From positions 1 through 54,823 of the forward strand of contig JAEZDV010000011.1 in NCBI GenBank assembly GCA_023417985.1: a DNA stretch of 54,823 nt, given 5' to 3'. Both the position numbers and the translations under genes were made by a program. The notes beneath the pieces are model-generated. The model was not told where the DNA came from. It saw only the letters and a list, made by a program, of their open reading frames with translations, and did no database searches. This DNA is from Actinomycetes bacterium. Its GTDB lineage: Bacteria > Actinomycetota > Actinomycetes > Mycobacteriales > Mycobacteriaceae. Positions 32,877 to 41,958 of this stretch are shown one piece after another (within the stretch, counting starts at the first letter, position 1; each line of letters starts with the position of its first letter).

Positions 32877-33367
32877 GCTGGGCCGGATGACGCGCGCGGG
32901 TACCCCCTCGCCACGGTGCGCGCGAGGATTCCGAGGGTGGCCTTCAGGGTCGCCTCCGAGATCACCGGAAAGATTCCGGTTTCCCGCCACGTGGGATCGA
33001 TTTCGGACCAGTCGTAATACGAGGTCACGAGGGAACCGTCGTCGGCCGGTTCGATCCGGTAGCCGTACACGTGGCCGATCGGCGGACGTACCGTCCCCAA
33101 GATGGTCCAGGAAATTTCCCGATCCGGGACGAAGTCTTCGATCGTGACGGTGACATCGTATCCACCCATCGGAATGTCGCCGAGAGCTTCCCGGTCCATA
33201 TGGACGACGAAGGTGTCTCCGGCGGCGGTGACCACGGCACCTTCCGCGTCCATCAGCATGCCCGAGCCGTCGATCGCCACGTGCCCCTGGGGATCGCACA
33301 ACACCGAGAAAACCGCGGCAGGTTCGGCCTTGATCGTCCGTTGCACTTCGATCCGCTCCGTGGTCAC
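32843..33367 (-). CDS. SRPBCC/polyketide cyclase-like protein
   Basis: ERIEVQRTI.AEPAAVFSVLCDPQGHVAIDGSGML...VTSYYDWS. 3' end overlaps rph. Confidence 0.82.
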   Translation of the reverse strand: MTTERIEVQRTIKAEPAAVFSVLCDPQGHVAIDGSGMLMDAEGAVVTAAGDTFVVHMDREALGDIPMGGYDVTVTIEDFVPDREISWTILGTVRPPIGHVYGYRIEPADDGSLVTSYYDWSEIDPTWRETGIFPVISEATLKATLGILARTVARGYPRASSGPAQAPGSDTIST

Positions 33368-33394
33368 GCGAGCGATGATGCCAGGACTTTGCGG

Positions 33395-33587
33395 TACTGT
33401 CCTTCCAGGTGCGCCGGGAAGTCTGGTCGGCAGGTGAGTATTCATCTCTCGAGCCGGAGGACTGTGTGTACCGTTGTGTTGAGTCTTCATTCCCGTCTGC
33501 CGGGATGTGGGGCCCGTCCGTGAACGTCGTGTGGAATCGATGCCGCCTCGCACGACGGTCGGCCGCGATCTCTCCCGAGGACGTGTG
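33395..33587 (+). promoter_or_regulatory. nhaA promoter and structured 5' leader (candidate cation riboswitch)
   Basis: TACTGT -10-like at 33395-33400. AGGTGCGCCGGGAAGTCTGGTCGGC at 33407-33431. Alternative pairings downstream. Confidence 0.45.
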
Positions 33588-34892
33588 ATGTCGAGCATCT
33601 TCTCCGGCCTGCCCTTCCTCTCCCGCGGTTCCTGGGAGGACGCCCGGCGGGTGTCGGAGATCCTGCGCAGGGAAACGGTGGGCGGCATGCTCCTGTTGGC
33701 CGGCGCGCTGACCGCGCTGATCTGGGCGAATTCCGGGTGGTCCGAGTCCTACCAGGCTCTGCGCGACACGACGGTCGGTCCGTCGGCCCTGCACCTCGAT
33801 CTGTCGCTCGGCACGTGGGCGGCGGACGGTCTGCTCGCGATCTTCTTCTTCGTCGTAGGCGTCGAGCTCAAACGTGAATTCGTCGAGGGCAGTCTGCGTG
33901 ATCTGCGCCGTGCGGCAATGCCCGTCACCGCCGCACTCGGGGGCATGGTCGTCCCGGCGTTGATCTTCGCGGCGGTCAATATGCGCGGCGGGGGCGATGC
34001 CCTCAGCGGGTGGGCAGTGCCCACAGCAACCGACATCGCGTTCGCGGTGGCCGTCCTCGCCGTGATCGGCAGCCATCTCCCCACGGCGTTGCGAACGTTC
34101 CTGCTCACGCTCGCGGTCGTCGACGACCTGCTGGCGGTGACCGTGATCGCCGTCTTCTACACAGACGAGGTGAACCTGCTCTATCTCGGTCTCGCGTTGC
34201 TTCCGCTCGCGGCCTTCGGATTCGCGCTGCAGCGCGGCGCGGGGGCGTGGTGGATCCTGATTCCCCTGGCCGTCCTCACCTGGTGGCTCGTCCACCAATC
34301 AGGGGTCCACGCCACCATCGCGGGCGTGCTCCTCGGCTTCACGGTTCCCGTCGCACGGATGGTCGACGGAAAGCGCGTGCCGGTCGCCGAACATATCGAA
34401 CATCGGATCCGTCCGTTGTCGGCCGGCCTCGCCGTTCCGGTGTTCGCGTTCTTTGCCGCCGGTGTCACCGTCGGCGGCTTGACCGGTCTGCAGAACGCGC
34501 TCACCGATCCCATCTCCGTGGGTGTGATCGCCGGACTCGTGGTCGGCAAGGCCGTCGGAATCTTCGGCGTCAGCTACGTGCTGGCCCGGTTCACGCGCGC
34601 CCATCTGGACGAGGACCTCAGTTGGGTGGACGTCCTCGGTGTCGCGCTGCTCGGTGGTATCGGCTTCACCGTCTCGTTGCTGATCGGTGATCTCGCCTAC
34701 GGTCCCGGATCCCTGGCTGCGGACCACGTCAAGGTTGCCGTGCTGCTCGGGTCGTTGCTCAGTGCACTGTGTGCGTCGGTGGTGCTCGTTGCCCGCAACC
34801 GCGCCTACAAACGGATCGCCGCGATCGAAACGCGCGACGAGGACGGAGACGGAATCCCGGATGTCTACCAGCAACCCGACCGCCATGTCTGA
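33588..34892 (+). CDS. nhaA: Na+/H+ antiporter NhaA
   Basis: [61 protein letters not shown]. Confidence 0.96.
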   Translation: MSSIFSGLPFLSRGSWEDARRVSEILRRETVGGMLLLAGALTALIWANSGWSESYQALRDTTVGPSALHLDLSLGTWAADGLLAIFFFVVGVELKREFVEGSLRDLRRAAMPVTAALGGMVVPALIFAAVNMRGGGDALSGWAVPTATDIAFAVAVLAVIGSHLPTALRTFLLTLAVVDDLLAVTVIAVFYTDEVNLLYLGLALLPLAAFGFALQRGAGAWWILIPLAVLTWWLVHQSGVHATIAGVLLGFTVPVARMVDGKRVPVAEHIEHRIRPLSAGLAVPVFAFFAAGVTVGGLTGLQNALTDPISVGVIAGLVVGKAVGIFGVSYVLARFTRAHLDEDLSWVDVLGVALLGGIGFTVSLLIGDLAYGPGSLAADHVKVAVLLGSLLSALCASVVLVARNRAYKRIAAIETRDEDGDGIPDVYQQPDRHV

Positions 34893-34994
34893 GCTCGTCG
34901 TCCCAGCCGTTACCGGTCCCCGGCCGCGAGACACCATGTCCGAAGTCCCGTCGCGCACGCCACGTGCGGCCGCGCTGTGTTCGAGGAGAAGTTC

Positions 34995-35717
34995 GTGAAC
35001 TGGACCGTGTTTGCCGTCTTCGTCGTCGTGTGGGTGCTCGTCGGCTTGCTGACGGGCTTGTGGATGGCACGTCGCGGGCACGACGGCCGCTGGACGCTCA
35101 TCGCGGTCGTTCTCGGGCCACTTTTCGTTCCTATCGCGTACGAACGTGTGGAGCGCACGCCCCGGTCCGTCGACGTGACGCCCGTGGACAGCTGGGGAGC
35201 CGACCCTGCGAACGAACCCGGGTTGCGCGTGCTGGTCGGTTACGACGGTTCCGTGGAAGCCGAACACGCGCTGGCGTCGGCACTGAAGCTGTTCGGCAGC
35301 GGGCGAGGCGTGCTCGAACTGGTTGCGGTGGTGTCCTACGACGACGCAAGCGATCCCGACGCGACCATGGTGGAGCGGGCGAAGCATCGGCTGAACGAGG
35401 CGGCTTCGGGGGTGGGACCTGTGCCGACCGGTTACGCCGTACTCGCCGGGCCGCCCGGACAGTGTCTGCGCTGGTACGCGGAGAACCACCGGGCAGACGT
35501 GCTCGTCGTCGGCAAACGCGGTCGCGGCATGTCCACCCGGATGCTCGGCAGCGTCGCCGAGTACCTCACCGCGCACTGTCCCGTGCCGGTGCTGGTGGTC
35601 GACCCGACGGCCTCGTCGGAACCCACTGCTTCGACGGAACCTACTGCTTCGACGGAACCTACTGTGGCGCTTCGGGTATCGCCGGAACGAGCGGGGAAGG
35701 AGTCGGAGAACAACTGA
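34995..35717 (+). CDS. Universal stress protein with N-terminal TM helices
   Basis: GAGGAG RBS, GTG start. TM region then VLVGYDGS and VVGKRGRG...LGSVAEYL...PVPVLVV. Confidence 0.88.
   Translation: MNWTVFAVFVVVWVLVGLLTGLWMARRGHDGRWTLIAVVLGPLFVPIAYERVERTPRSVDVTPVDSWGADPANEPGLRVLVGYDGSVEAEHALASALKLFGSGRGVLELVAVVSYDDASDPDATMVERAKHRLNEAASGVGPVPTGYAVLAGPPGQCLRWYAENHRADVLVVGKRGRGMSTRMLGSVAEYLTAHCPVPVLVVDPTASSEPTASTEPTASTEPTVALRVSPERAGKESENN
35617..35664 (+). repeat. 18-bp in-frame tandem repeat (about 2.7 copies)
   Basis: CGGAACCCACTGCTTCGA, CGGAACCTACTGCTTCGA, CGGAACCTACTG. Encodes EPTAST repeats. Confidence 0.95.
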
Positions 35718-35786
35718 ATCGGATGTGCCGTACCGGAAGCGAGGGAGCGCGGCGCAGAAGCGCAACGCGGCGTGGACTGCACGAGG

Positions 35787-35972
35787 TCAGAGCAGCCCGC
35801 GTCGCTGAGCCTCACCGGTGAATTCCCCGAGGAAGATGCGAGCCTCCTCCGCGTCCTGCTCTCCCTCGGGATCCCCTCCGGAAGCAAAGTGGTGCAATCG
35901 GTTCCGCCAGTAATGCAATCCCTCGACGACCTCGTTGTCCGAAAGGTCGGCGGGTACCCCGAAGTTCCCCAT
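35787..35972 (-). CDS. Small hypothetical protein (61 aa)
   Basis: MGNFGVPADLSDNEVVEGLHYWRNRLHHF...EAQRRGLL looks like a helical hairpin. No clear RBS. Confidence 0.45.
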   Translation of the reverse strand: MGNFGVPADLSDNEVVEGLHYWRNRLHHFASGGDPEGEQDAEEARIFLGEFTGEAQRRGLL

Positions 35973-36240
35973 GCGGTGATTGTCTGCATCGCGACACCGA
36001 TGCACAAGGGATCGATCGTCAGCCGAGAAGGGACCTTCGGATCTGGATATTGCAGCAGTTCTGTGAGTGGGCTGCCGAAGCTCGATCCGCCCCGAGGGGT
36101 GCCGGCTACTGTCTCGGCGCGCAACAGGTCGCGCCGAGCGCAGTGAACTCGTACCGTGGGCTGTATCGGTTCGACGCCCGAACAGGATTCGAACCACAAG
36201 GCTCCGCACCACACCGGTCCGGGTCGGCAGGAGGCACACG

Positions 36241-36384
36241 ATGGGAATGCTCAGCCGGGTCATCAAAGGCGGTATCGCCGTCAAGGCAATACAGGTGATC
36301 AAGCGCGAAGCGTCCAAACCGCAGAATCAGCGTAAGGCCCGGGAGTTCGCCGCCCGGGTTCGCGAGCAGCGTCGCTCCCGCTGA
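36241..36384 (+). CDS. Small basic helical protein (47 aa)
   Basis: AGGAGG RBS 6 nt before ATG 36241. MGMLSRVIKGGIAVKAIQVIKREASKPQNQRKAREF. Confidence 0.7.
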   Translation: MGMLSRVIKGGIAVKAIQVIKREASKPQNQRKAREFAARVREQRRSR

Positions 36385-36585
36385 GACATCGTTCGGAACG
36401 GTCCACACCGTGGTGTCACGGCGCGGTTCTCGCAGGTCCCGTTCATGACGAGCTGACACGTCGAGTCGTGCCTGTTCGCATCCACGACATCTGCGCGTGT
36501 GCCCGCGGGCGGCGGATACCCGTCCGTGTGCGAGTCGGCGACGAATAACCCTCGAAGCAGAAATCACGAGGAGGGCAGGCGAGCG

Positions 36586-37035
36586 ATGAAGGAGCCCGAT
36601 ACCGGATTCTTCAGTTGGACCGCGCGACGAGTGAATCTGGGTCTGGAAAGACACGAGGCCGGCACGGTCGAGAGTTTCGATTTCGACGATGTCCTCACGA
36701 TCGAATGCCCGTCGTCTCCTGCGACTCGTCCCAGCCACCTCGTGGTGTGCCACGACGACGAGGACGAAGTGGACTATGTGGCGCTGATCCTCGGTGATGC
36801 TGCCGGCAACGACGACGTTCCCGTCCACGCCGTGCACGAAGAACAACTCCTGCTCGAGGGCGAGCGCAGCAATGCCCCCGTGGCAATTCTTGTCGGAGTG
36901 CCCGACGACAGAGACCTGGCTGCGCAGCAGCGCGAACTCGACCGGCAACTGTGTACGGGCGGGCCGCTCCGCTCGATGCTGGAATATTCGGGGGCGCGCT
37001 CGGTCGTCGTCGGCTGGGCCGGGGCGCGCGCGTAG
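36586..37035 (+). CDS. Acidic hypothetical protein (149 aa)
   Basis: GAGGAGGG upstream of ATG 36586. High GC3. Confidence 0.65.
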   Translation: MKEPDTGFFSWTARRVNLGLERHEAGTVESFDFDDVLTIECPSSPATRPSHLVVCHDDEDEVDYVALILGDAAGNDDVPVHAVHEEQLLLEGERSNAPVAILVGVPDDRDLAAQQRELDRQLCTGGPLRSMLEYSGARSVVVGWAGARA

Positions 37036-37362
37036 CGGACGTGCCCATCCGACTGTCGGGGTGCCGGATCCTTGACACGGTGGCGGGAAGACCGGAACCC
37101 ACGACGCGACCGTGCGGTTCCCGGCGACGAGGGGCAGCGGGAACGCCACGCGCCGCGCTTGCTGCTCTCGGGGCGCCTGATCGTCCGGTTCCTGAGCGTC
37201 CGCGTCGTGATCGTCACGTTGCATTGCCGAGTCGATCCGGTTCCCAACGCCATGTCGTGCACGGCCGTACCAGTTCCGTCGAGCGCCCGCGGTGTGTGAG
37301 TCGGCGGCGTTACGGTGGAATCACTGCCGACACGGGCTTTCCCGGTAGGAAGGACGTCTGCT

Positions 37363-38253
37363 GTGGAGATCGGATTTCTGGGCCTGGGCACCATGGGAAC
37401 CCCGATGGCTCGGAACATGGCGCGAGCCGGAAACACCGTTTCCGTATGGAATCGGAGCCCCGGAAAGGCCGGCAGTGTCGTCGAGTGCGGTGCCCGGGAA
37501 GTCGAATCGCCGATGGATGCGTTACGGGTCCCCGTTTCGTTCAGCGCGCTGGCCGACGACCACGCGTTTGCAGGCACCGTGCTCTCACCCGACTCCCTCG
37601 CTGCGATGAGATCCGGATCCGTCCACGTCAATCTCGCGACGGTGAGCCCCGACATGGCGAAGCACGCCGTGGAGGCGCTGGCCGGGATCGGTGTGCGCTA
37701 CGTGGCGTCCCCGGTGTTCGGCCGCGCAGAAGTGGCCGACGCGGGCAATCTGACGGTGCTTGCTGCCGGGGATCGCACGGCGGTCGACGAAGTGGCTCCA
37801 CTGCTGGACACCATCGGCCGCCGGACATGGCGGATCGGGGAGGACGCCGAGCAGGCGAACATTCTGAAGATTCTCGGTAACTACCTGATCGCCAACGCCC
37901 TTCAGTCCATAGCCGAGGCGACGACGATCGCCGAGAAAGTGGGCGGATCGCCGCAGTTACTGATGGACATCATGAACGACAGCCTTTTCCCGGGCGTCGT
38001 CTACGAGGGCTACGGCCGGATGATCGCGAGCCGTACGTACGAGCCGACCGGATTCGGGTTGGCTCTCGGACTCAAGGACGTGCGACTCGCGCGCGCCCAG
38101 GCGCACGCCGCGGACGTCACGTTGCCGTTCGGCAGCGTGCTCGAAGATGTGTTCGTCGACGCGCTCGCGCACGGGCAGGCCCGCCAGGACTGGTCCGCGA
38201 TCACCGAGGCAACCCGGCGCAGAGCAGGGCTGACCGGGAACGGCAACGCCTGA
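37363..38253 (+). CDS. NAD(P)-dependent oxidoreductase, beta-hydroxyacid dehydrogenase family
   Basis: IGFLGLGTMG, WNRS, ASPVFGR, LKILGN catalytic Lys, KDVRLA. Confidence 0.9.
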   Translation: MEIGFLGLGTMGTPMARNMARAGNTVSVWNRSPGKAGSVVECGAREVESPMDALRVPVSFSALADDHAFAGTVLSPDSLAAMRSGSVHVNLATVSPDMAKHAVEALAGIGVRYVASPVFGRAEVADAGNLTVLAAGDRTAVDEVAPLLDTIGRRTWRIGEDAEQANILKILGNYLIANALQSIAEATTIAEKVGGSPQLLMDIMNDSLFPGVVYEGYGRMIASRTYEPTGFGLALGLKDVRLARAQAHAADVTLPFGSVLEDVFVDALAHGQARQDWSAITEATRRRAGLTGNGNA

Positions 38254-38278
38254 CGCTCGGGAAGTCCCGGCACTCGGT

Positions 38279-39058
38279 CTACCCGAAAACGCCGTGCCGT
38301 CCCTGGCCGCTCCCGAATCGTGCGGCACCTGCCTCGGTGTCGGCCGCGAGCGATCCGAGTCCCAGCCGGATCTCCGTGGCCATCGCCTCCTGCTCGGTGC
38401 GTCCGGCCTGGTCGCGCGCTGACCGGAGGTCGTTGCGCATGCACGTCTGGGGAAAGCGCGTCAGGTCCCGGGCCAGTTGTTCGGCGGCCGATCTTGCCGT
38501 CCCGGGTTCGACCACGCGGTTGACCAGACCGAAGGTCAGTGCCTCGGCCGCGTCGACCGGTCGTCCGGTGAGGATCATGTCCAACGCGCGACTCTCGCCG
38601 ATCAGCCGCGGCAGGCGCACGGTGCCGCCGTCGATGAGGGGGACTCCCCATCTTCGGCAGAACACACCGAACACGGCGTCGGACGCCGCGACGCGCAGGT
38701 CGCACCAGATCGCGAGTTCGAGCCCACCGGCAACCGCGTAGCCCTCCACGGCCGCGATCACCGGTTTCGACACGTCCAGGCGGGTCGGTCCCATCGGCCC
38801 GTTGCCGTCCACCGTCACGGCGTTCGCGCGTGGTGTTCCGATGGCCTTCAGGTCGGCGCCGGCACAGAACGTTCCGCCTTCGCCGTAGAGGACGGCGACG
38901 TCGGCACCGGAATCGGTGTCGAATTCCTCGAACGCCCGCGCGAGTTCGGCGGCCATTGCGCCGTCGACCGCGTTGCGTCGGCCCGGTTGGGCCAGGATCA
39001 CTGTGGTGACCCGGTCGTCCGATTCGACACGGATGGACTCGTACGTCGAGGTGGTCAT
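38279..39058 (-). CDS. Enoyl-CoA hydratase/crotonase family protein
   Basis: RRNAVD, FCAGADL, KPVIAAVEGYAVAGGLELA, RRWGVPLIDGGTVRLPR. Confidence 0.93.
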   Translation of the reverse strand: MTTSTYESIRVESDDRVTTVILAQPGRRNAVDGAMAAELARAFEEFDTDSGADVAVLYGEGGTFCAGADLKAIGTPRANAVTVDGNGPMGPTRLDVSKPVIAAVEGYAVAGGLELAIWCDLRVAASDAVFGVFCRRWGVPLIDGGTVRLPRLIGESRALDMILTGRPVDAAEALTFGLVNRVVEPGTARSAAEQLARDLTRFPQTCMRNDLRSARDQAGRTEQEAMATEIRLGLGSLAADTEAGAARFGSGQGRHGVFG

Positions 39059-39131
39059 GTGTTGCTCCGCTCGCGAATCGCCCCACTACCGATGACCGAC
39101 GGAGTAGCCGGCAGGCACCGGAGATCCGTTG

Positions 39132-39833
39132 TCAGTCTTTCGGAGTCGAGTGTGACCCGGGATCGACGACCGCGTCCAGAGCGGACCCCGCAGGTTCGGG
39201 GAGGCGGGCCTCGAGCAGCAGGCCGGCGAGGCCGAATGCGATACACACGGCACTGACCACCATCAAGGCAGGGTCGGGTCGCCCGGTGAGTGCATCGCCG
39301 AGCAGGACGACCCCGACGGTGCCGGGGAGGATGCCGACCAGCGTCGCGAGGGTGTACGGCACGAACCGCACCGACGAGACCGCACAACAGCAGTTCACGA
39401 CGAAGAACGGCGCCGCCGCGATGAGCCTCAGTGACCCGACCGCGAGCCACCCGCGACGAGCCAGGCGCAGGTCGATAGCTTTCGCCGTCGGATGCGTCAG
39501 GTGCGCGGCGACCACGTCGCGGCCCACCGCTCGCAGGAACAGAAACGCCAGGATTGCACTCACGGTGGTCGCGGCGACCGAAACCGCGATTCCGGTCAGG
39601 CTCCCGAACAGAACCCCGGCGCTGAGTGTGAACACGGTGCGCGGCACCGGAGCAAGCGTCACCAGCGTGTGGACGGCGAAGAACGTGAGCAGCAGAGTCG
39701 GGCCGTTCATCGACTCCGACCACTCGCGGATCTCACCCACGGTCGGGAGAGGGACCAGCAGAGCGACAGCGACCAGCCCGGTGAGCAGGACGAGGACGCC
39801 GAGGAGTCTGCGGTCGCCGATAATCCTCGTCAC
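39132..39833 (-). CDS. TVP38/TMEM64 (DedA/SNARE-associated) membrane protein, Rv1491c-like
   Basis: PVPRTVFTLSAGVLFG, SLRLI..PFFVVN, YTLATLVGILPG. Divergent from mutA. Confidence 0.88.
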   Translation of the reverse strand: MTRIIGDRRLLGVLVLLTGLVAVALLVPLPTVGEIREWSESMNGPTLLLTFFAVHTLVTLAPVPRTVFTLSAGVLFGSLTGIAVSVAATTVSAILAFLFLRAVGRDVVAAHLTHPTAKAIDLRLARRGWLAVGSLRLIAAAPFFVVNCCCAVSSVRFVPYTLATLVGILPGTVGVVLLGDALTGRPDPALMVVSAVCIAFGLAGLLLEARLPEPAGSALDAVVDPGSHSTPKD

Positions 39834-40068
39834 GGGGTGTGAGCGTACTCCCGGCCGGCCGCGTCGCCGGAGTTGCTCCGGCGGGCGAGCTCGCCTCACT
39901 GCCGCACTCTTTATCTATCGTTAGAGAATCTGTGGCAATCCCCACAGCAGGTGTCCAGAGTGTGCGGCTAGCATCACAGCGACAAACGTTTAACCTTTTC
40001 GGGATCATCCGCCCCGGCCGACAACGCCGCCGAACAGACCCTGCATGCCGCAGTAGGAGGAATCGCAC

Positions 40069-41958
40069 GTGTCATTAGCTGCAGAAGCCGAGGACGCCGC
40101 GCGCGCATATGCGCAGTGGCAGGATGCGGTCGCGGGAGTGCTCGCGAAATCCCGGCGCGTCGACCCGTCGGAACTCGGACCCGAGCCGCAGCGACTGCTC
40201 GAGACCACGACGTACGACGGTGTCACGGTCAATCCCCTCTACGGCATCCGTGACGAACGCCCCGACGTTCCGCTGCCCGGCGAGTTCCCCTTCGTCCGCG
40301 GGGGTTCCGCTACTCGCGACGTGACCACCGGCTGGTTGGTCTCCGCGCAGTTCGGCGGCGCAGCCGCCGCGAGCGGCTACGGCACCGCCACGAAGGTCAA
40401 CGAACGCATTCTGGATGCCCTCGAAAACGGTGTCAGTGCGCTGTGGCTGCGGGTCGGGGGAACCGACCTCCCGGTCGAGGCACTGTCCGCCGCACTGGAC
40501 AAGGTGCTCCTCGACCTGGCACCCGTGACCATCGACGCGGGAGCCGAGACCGTCGCGGCGGCTGCGGCCCTGTACGCCGTCGTCGACGCTCGCACCGATA
40601 TCGCCGATCCGGACGCCGTCCGACTCTCGCTCGGTGCCGCGCCGCTGACCAGCCAGTTCTCGGGTCGCGCCGACATCACCGTCGAGGAGGCCATCGAACT
40701 GGCCGCGGCGGCATCCGACCGTGTCGGCACGGTCCGGGCACTCACCGTCGACGGCACCGCCTTCCACAACGCGGGAGCCTCGGACGCCGAGGAACTCGCC
40801 GCCTCCGTCGCTGCCGGCCTGGAATACGTGCGCGAACTGATCACCGTGGGACGGTCCGCGGAGCAGGCGCTCGGCCAGATCGAGTTCCGCCTCGCCGCTA
40901 CCGACGACCAGTTCCAGACCATCGCGAAGTTCCGCGCAGGCCGGCAGTTGTGGGCGCGCATCGCGCAGGTGGCCGGTGCACCGGAGGCCGGCAACGCCCC
41001 GCAGCACGCGGTTACGTCGACCGCGATGATGGCCCAGCGCGACCCGTGGGTGAACATGCTGCGCACCACGCTCGCCGCATTCGGCGCCGGTGTCGGTGGT
41101 GCCGACGCGGTGACGGTGCTCCCGTTCGACGTCGCCCTCCCCGCAGGTGCACTCGGTGTGTCCGAAGGTTTCGCGGCTCGTATCGCCCGCAACACACAAC
41201 TGCTGTTGCTCGAGGAGTCCAATCTCGGCCGTGTCCTCGACCCCGGCGCCGGGTCCTGGTACATCGAGGAACTGACCGCGCAGATCGCCGCGAAGGCGTG
41301 GGAGTTCTTCCAGGAGATCGAATCCGTGGGTGGATATCGCGCCGCCCTCGCGTCGGGACTGGTCGGTGACAGGATCGCCGCCACCCGAGCACGCCGGGAC
41401 TCCGACATCGCGCACCGCAAGACCGCGGTCACGGGTATCAACGAGTTCCCGAACCTCGCCGAGGCCCCGCTTCCGGAGGGAGCCGCCGACGCGGGCACGC
41501 TCGCCGCCCGCTACGCAGCACCCTTCGAGGCGCTGCGGGACCGCTCTGACGCGTTCCTCGCAACACACGGCGCGCGCCCCAAGGTGCTGCTCGCGCCGCT
41601 CGGTCCGGTTGCCGAGCACAACGGCCGCAGCACGTTCGCCGCAAACCTGATGGCATCCGGCGGTATCGAAACCGTGAACCCCGGTCCGCTGGACCTCACC
41701 GGCGATGCACTCGCCGGCGTGGTGAGCGGTTCGGGTGCGAGCATCGCAATCCTCTGCGGTACCGATGCGCGGTACGGAGAGGAAGCCGCGACCGCCACCA
41801 CCGCACTGCGCGCCGCCGGTATCACCACCGTCCTGCTCGCGGGACCGGAGAAAGCTGTCGGCGACGTGCAGGGCGAGAGCCGGCCGGACGGCTTCCTCAC
41901 TGCCCGCATCGACGCGATTGCCGCGCTGACCGACCTGCTCGACACCCTGGGAGCGTAA
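40069..41958 (+). CDS. mutA: Methylmalonyl-CoA mutase small subunit
   Basis: [44 protein letters not shown]. Lacks the DxHxxG B12 motif. Confidence 0.95.
   Translation: MSLAAEAEDAARAYAQWQDAVAGVLAKSRRVDPSELGPEPQRLLETTTYDGVTVNPLYGIRDERPDVPLPGEFPFVRGGSATRDVTTGWLVSAQFGGAAAASGYGTATKVNERILDALENGVSALWLRVGGTDLPVEALSAALDKVLLDLAPVTIDAGAETVAAAAALYAVVDARTDIADPDAVRLSLGAAPLTSQFSGRADITVEEAIELAAAASDRVGTVRALTVDGTAFHNAGASDAEELAASVAAGLEYVRELITVGRSAEQALGQIEFRLAATDDQFQTIAKFRAGRQLWARIAQVAGAPEAGNAPQHAVTSTAMMAQRDPWVNMLRTTLAAFGAGVGGADAVTVLPFDVALPAGALGVSEGFAARIARNTQLLLLEESNLGRVLDPGAGSWYIEELTAQIAAKAWEFFQEIESVGGYRAALASGLVGDRIAATRARRDSDIAHRKTAVTGINEFPNLAEAPLPEGAADAGTLAARYAAPFEALRDRSDAFLATHGARPKVLLAPLGPVAEHNGRSTFAANLMASGGIETVNPGPLDLTGDALAGVVSGSGASIAILCGTDARYGEEAATATTALRAAGITTVLLAGPEKAVGDVQGESRPDGFLTARIDAIAALTDLLDTLGA

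Noticed and set aside
31401..34298. 965-aa minus-strand ORF
   Set aside because: Spans rph, the SRPBCC gene (other frame) and nhaA, which are far better supported.
35617..35664. Short direct repeats as a possible CRISPR array
   Set aside because: Contiguous 18-bp units without spacers, in frame within a CDS, and no cas genes.
36106..37224. 372-aa minus-strand ORF
   Set aside because: Overlaps two plus-strand ORFs with good RBSs and has no recognisable domain.
39834..40068. Cobalamin riboswitch upstream of mutAB
   Set aside because: No B12-box or conserved core visible in the 235-bp gap.
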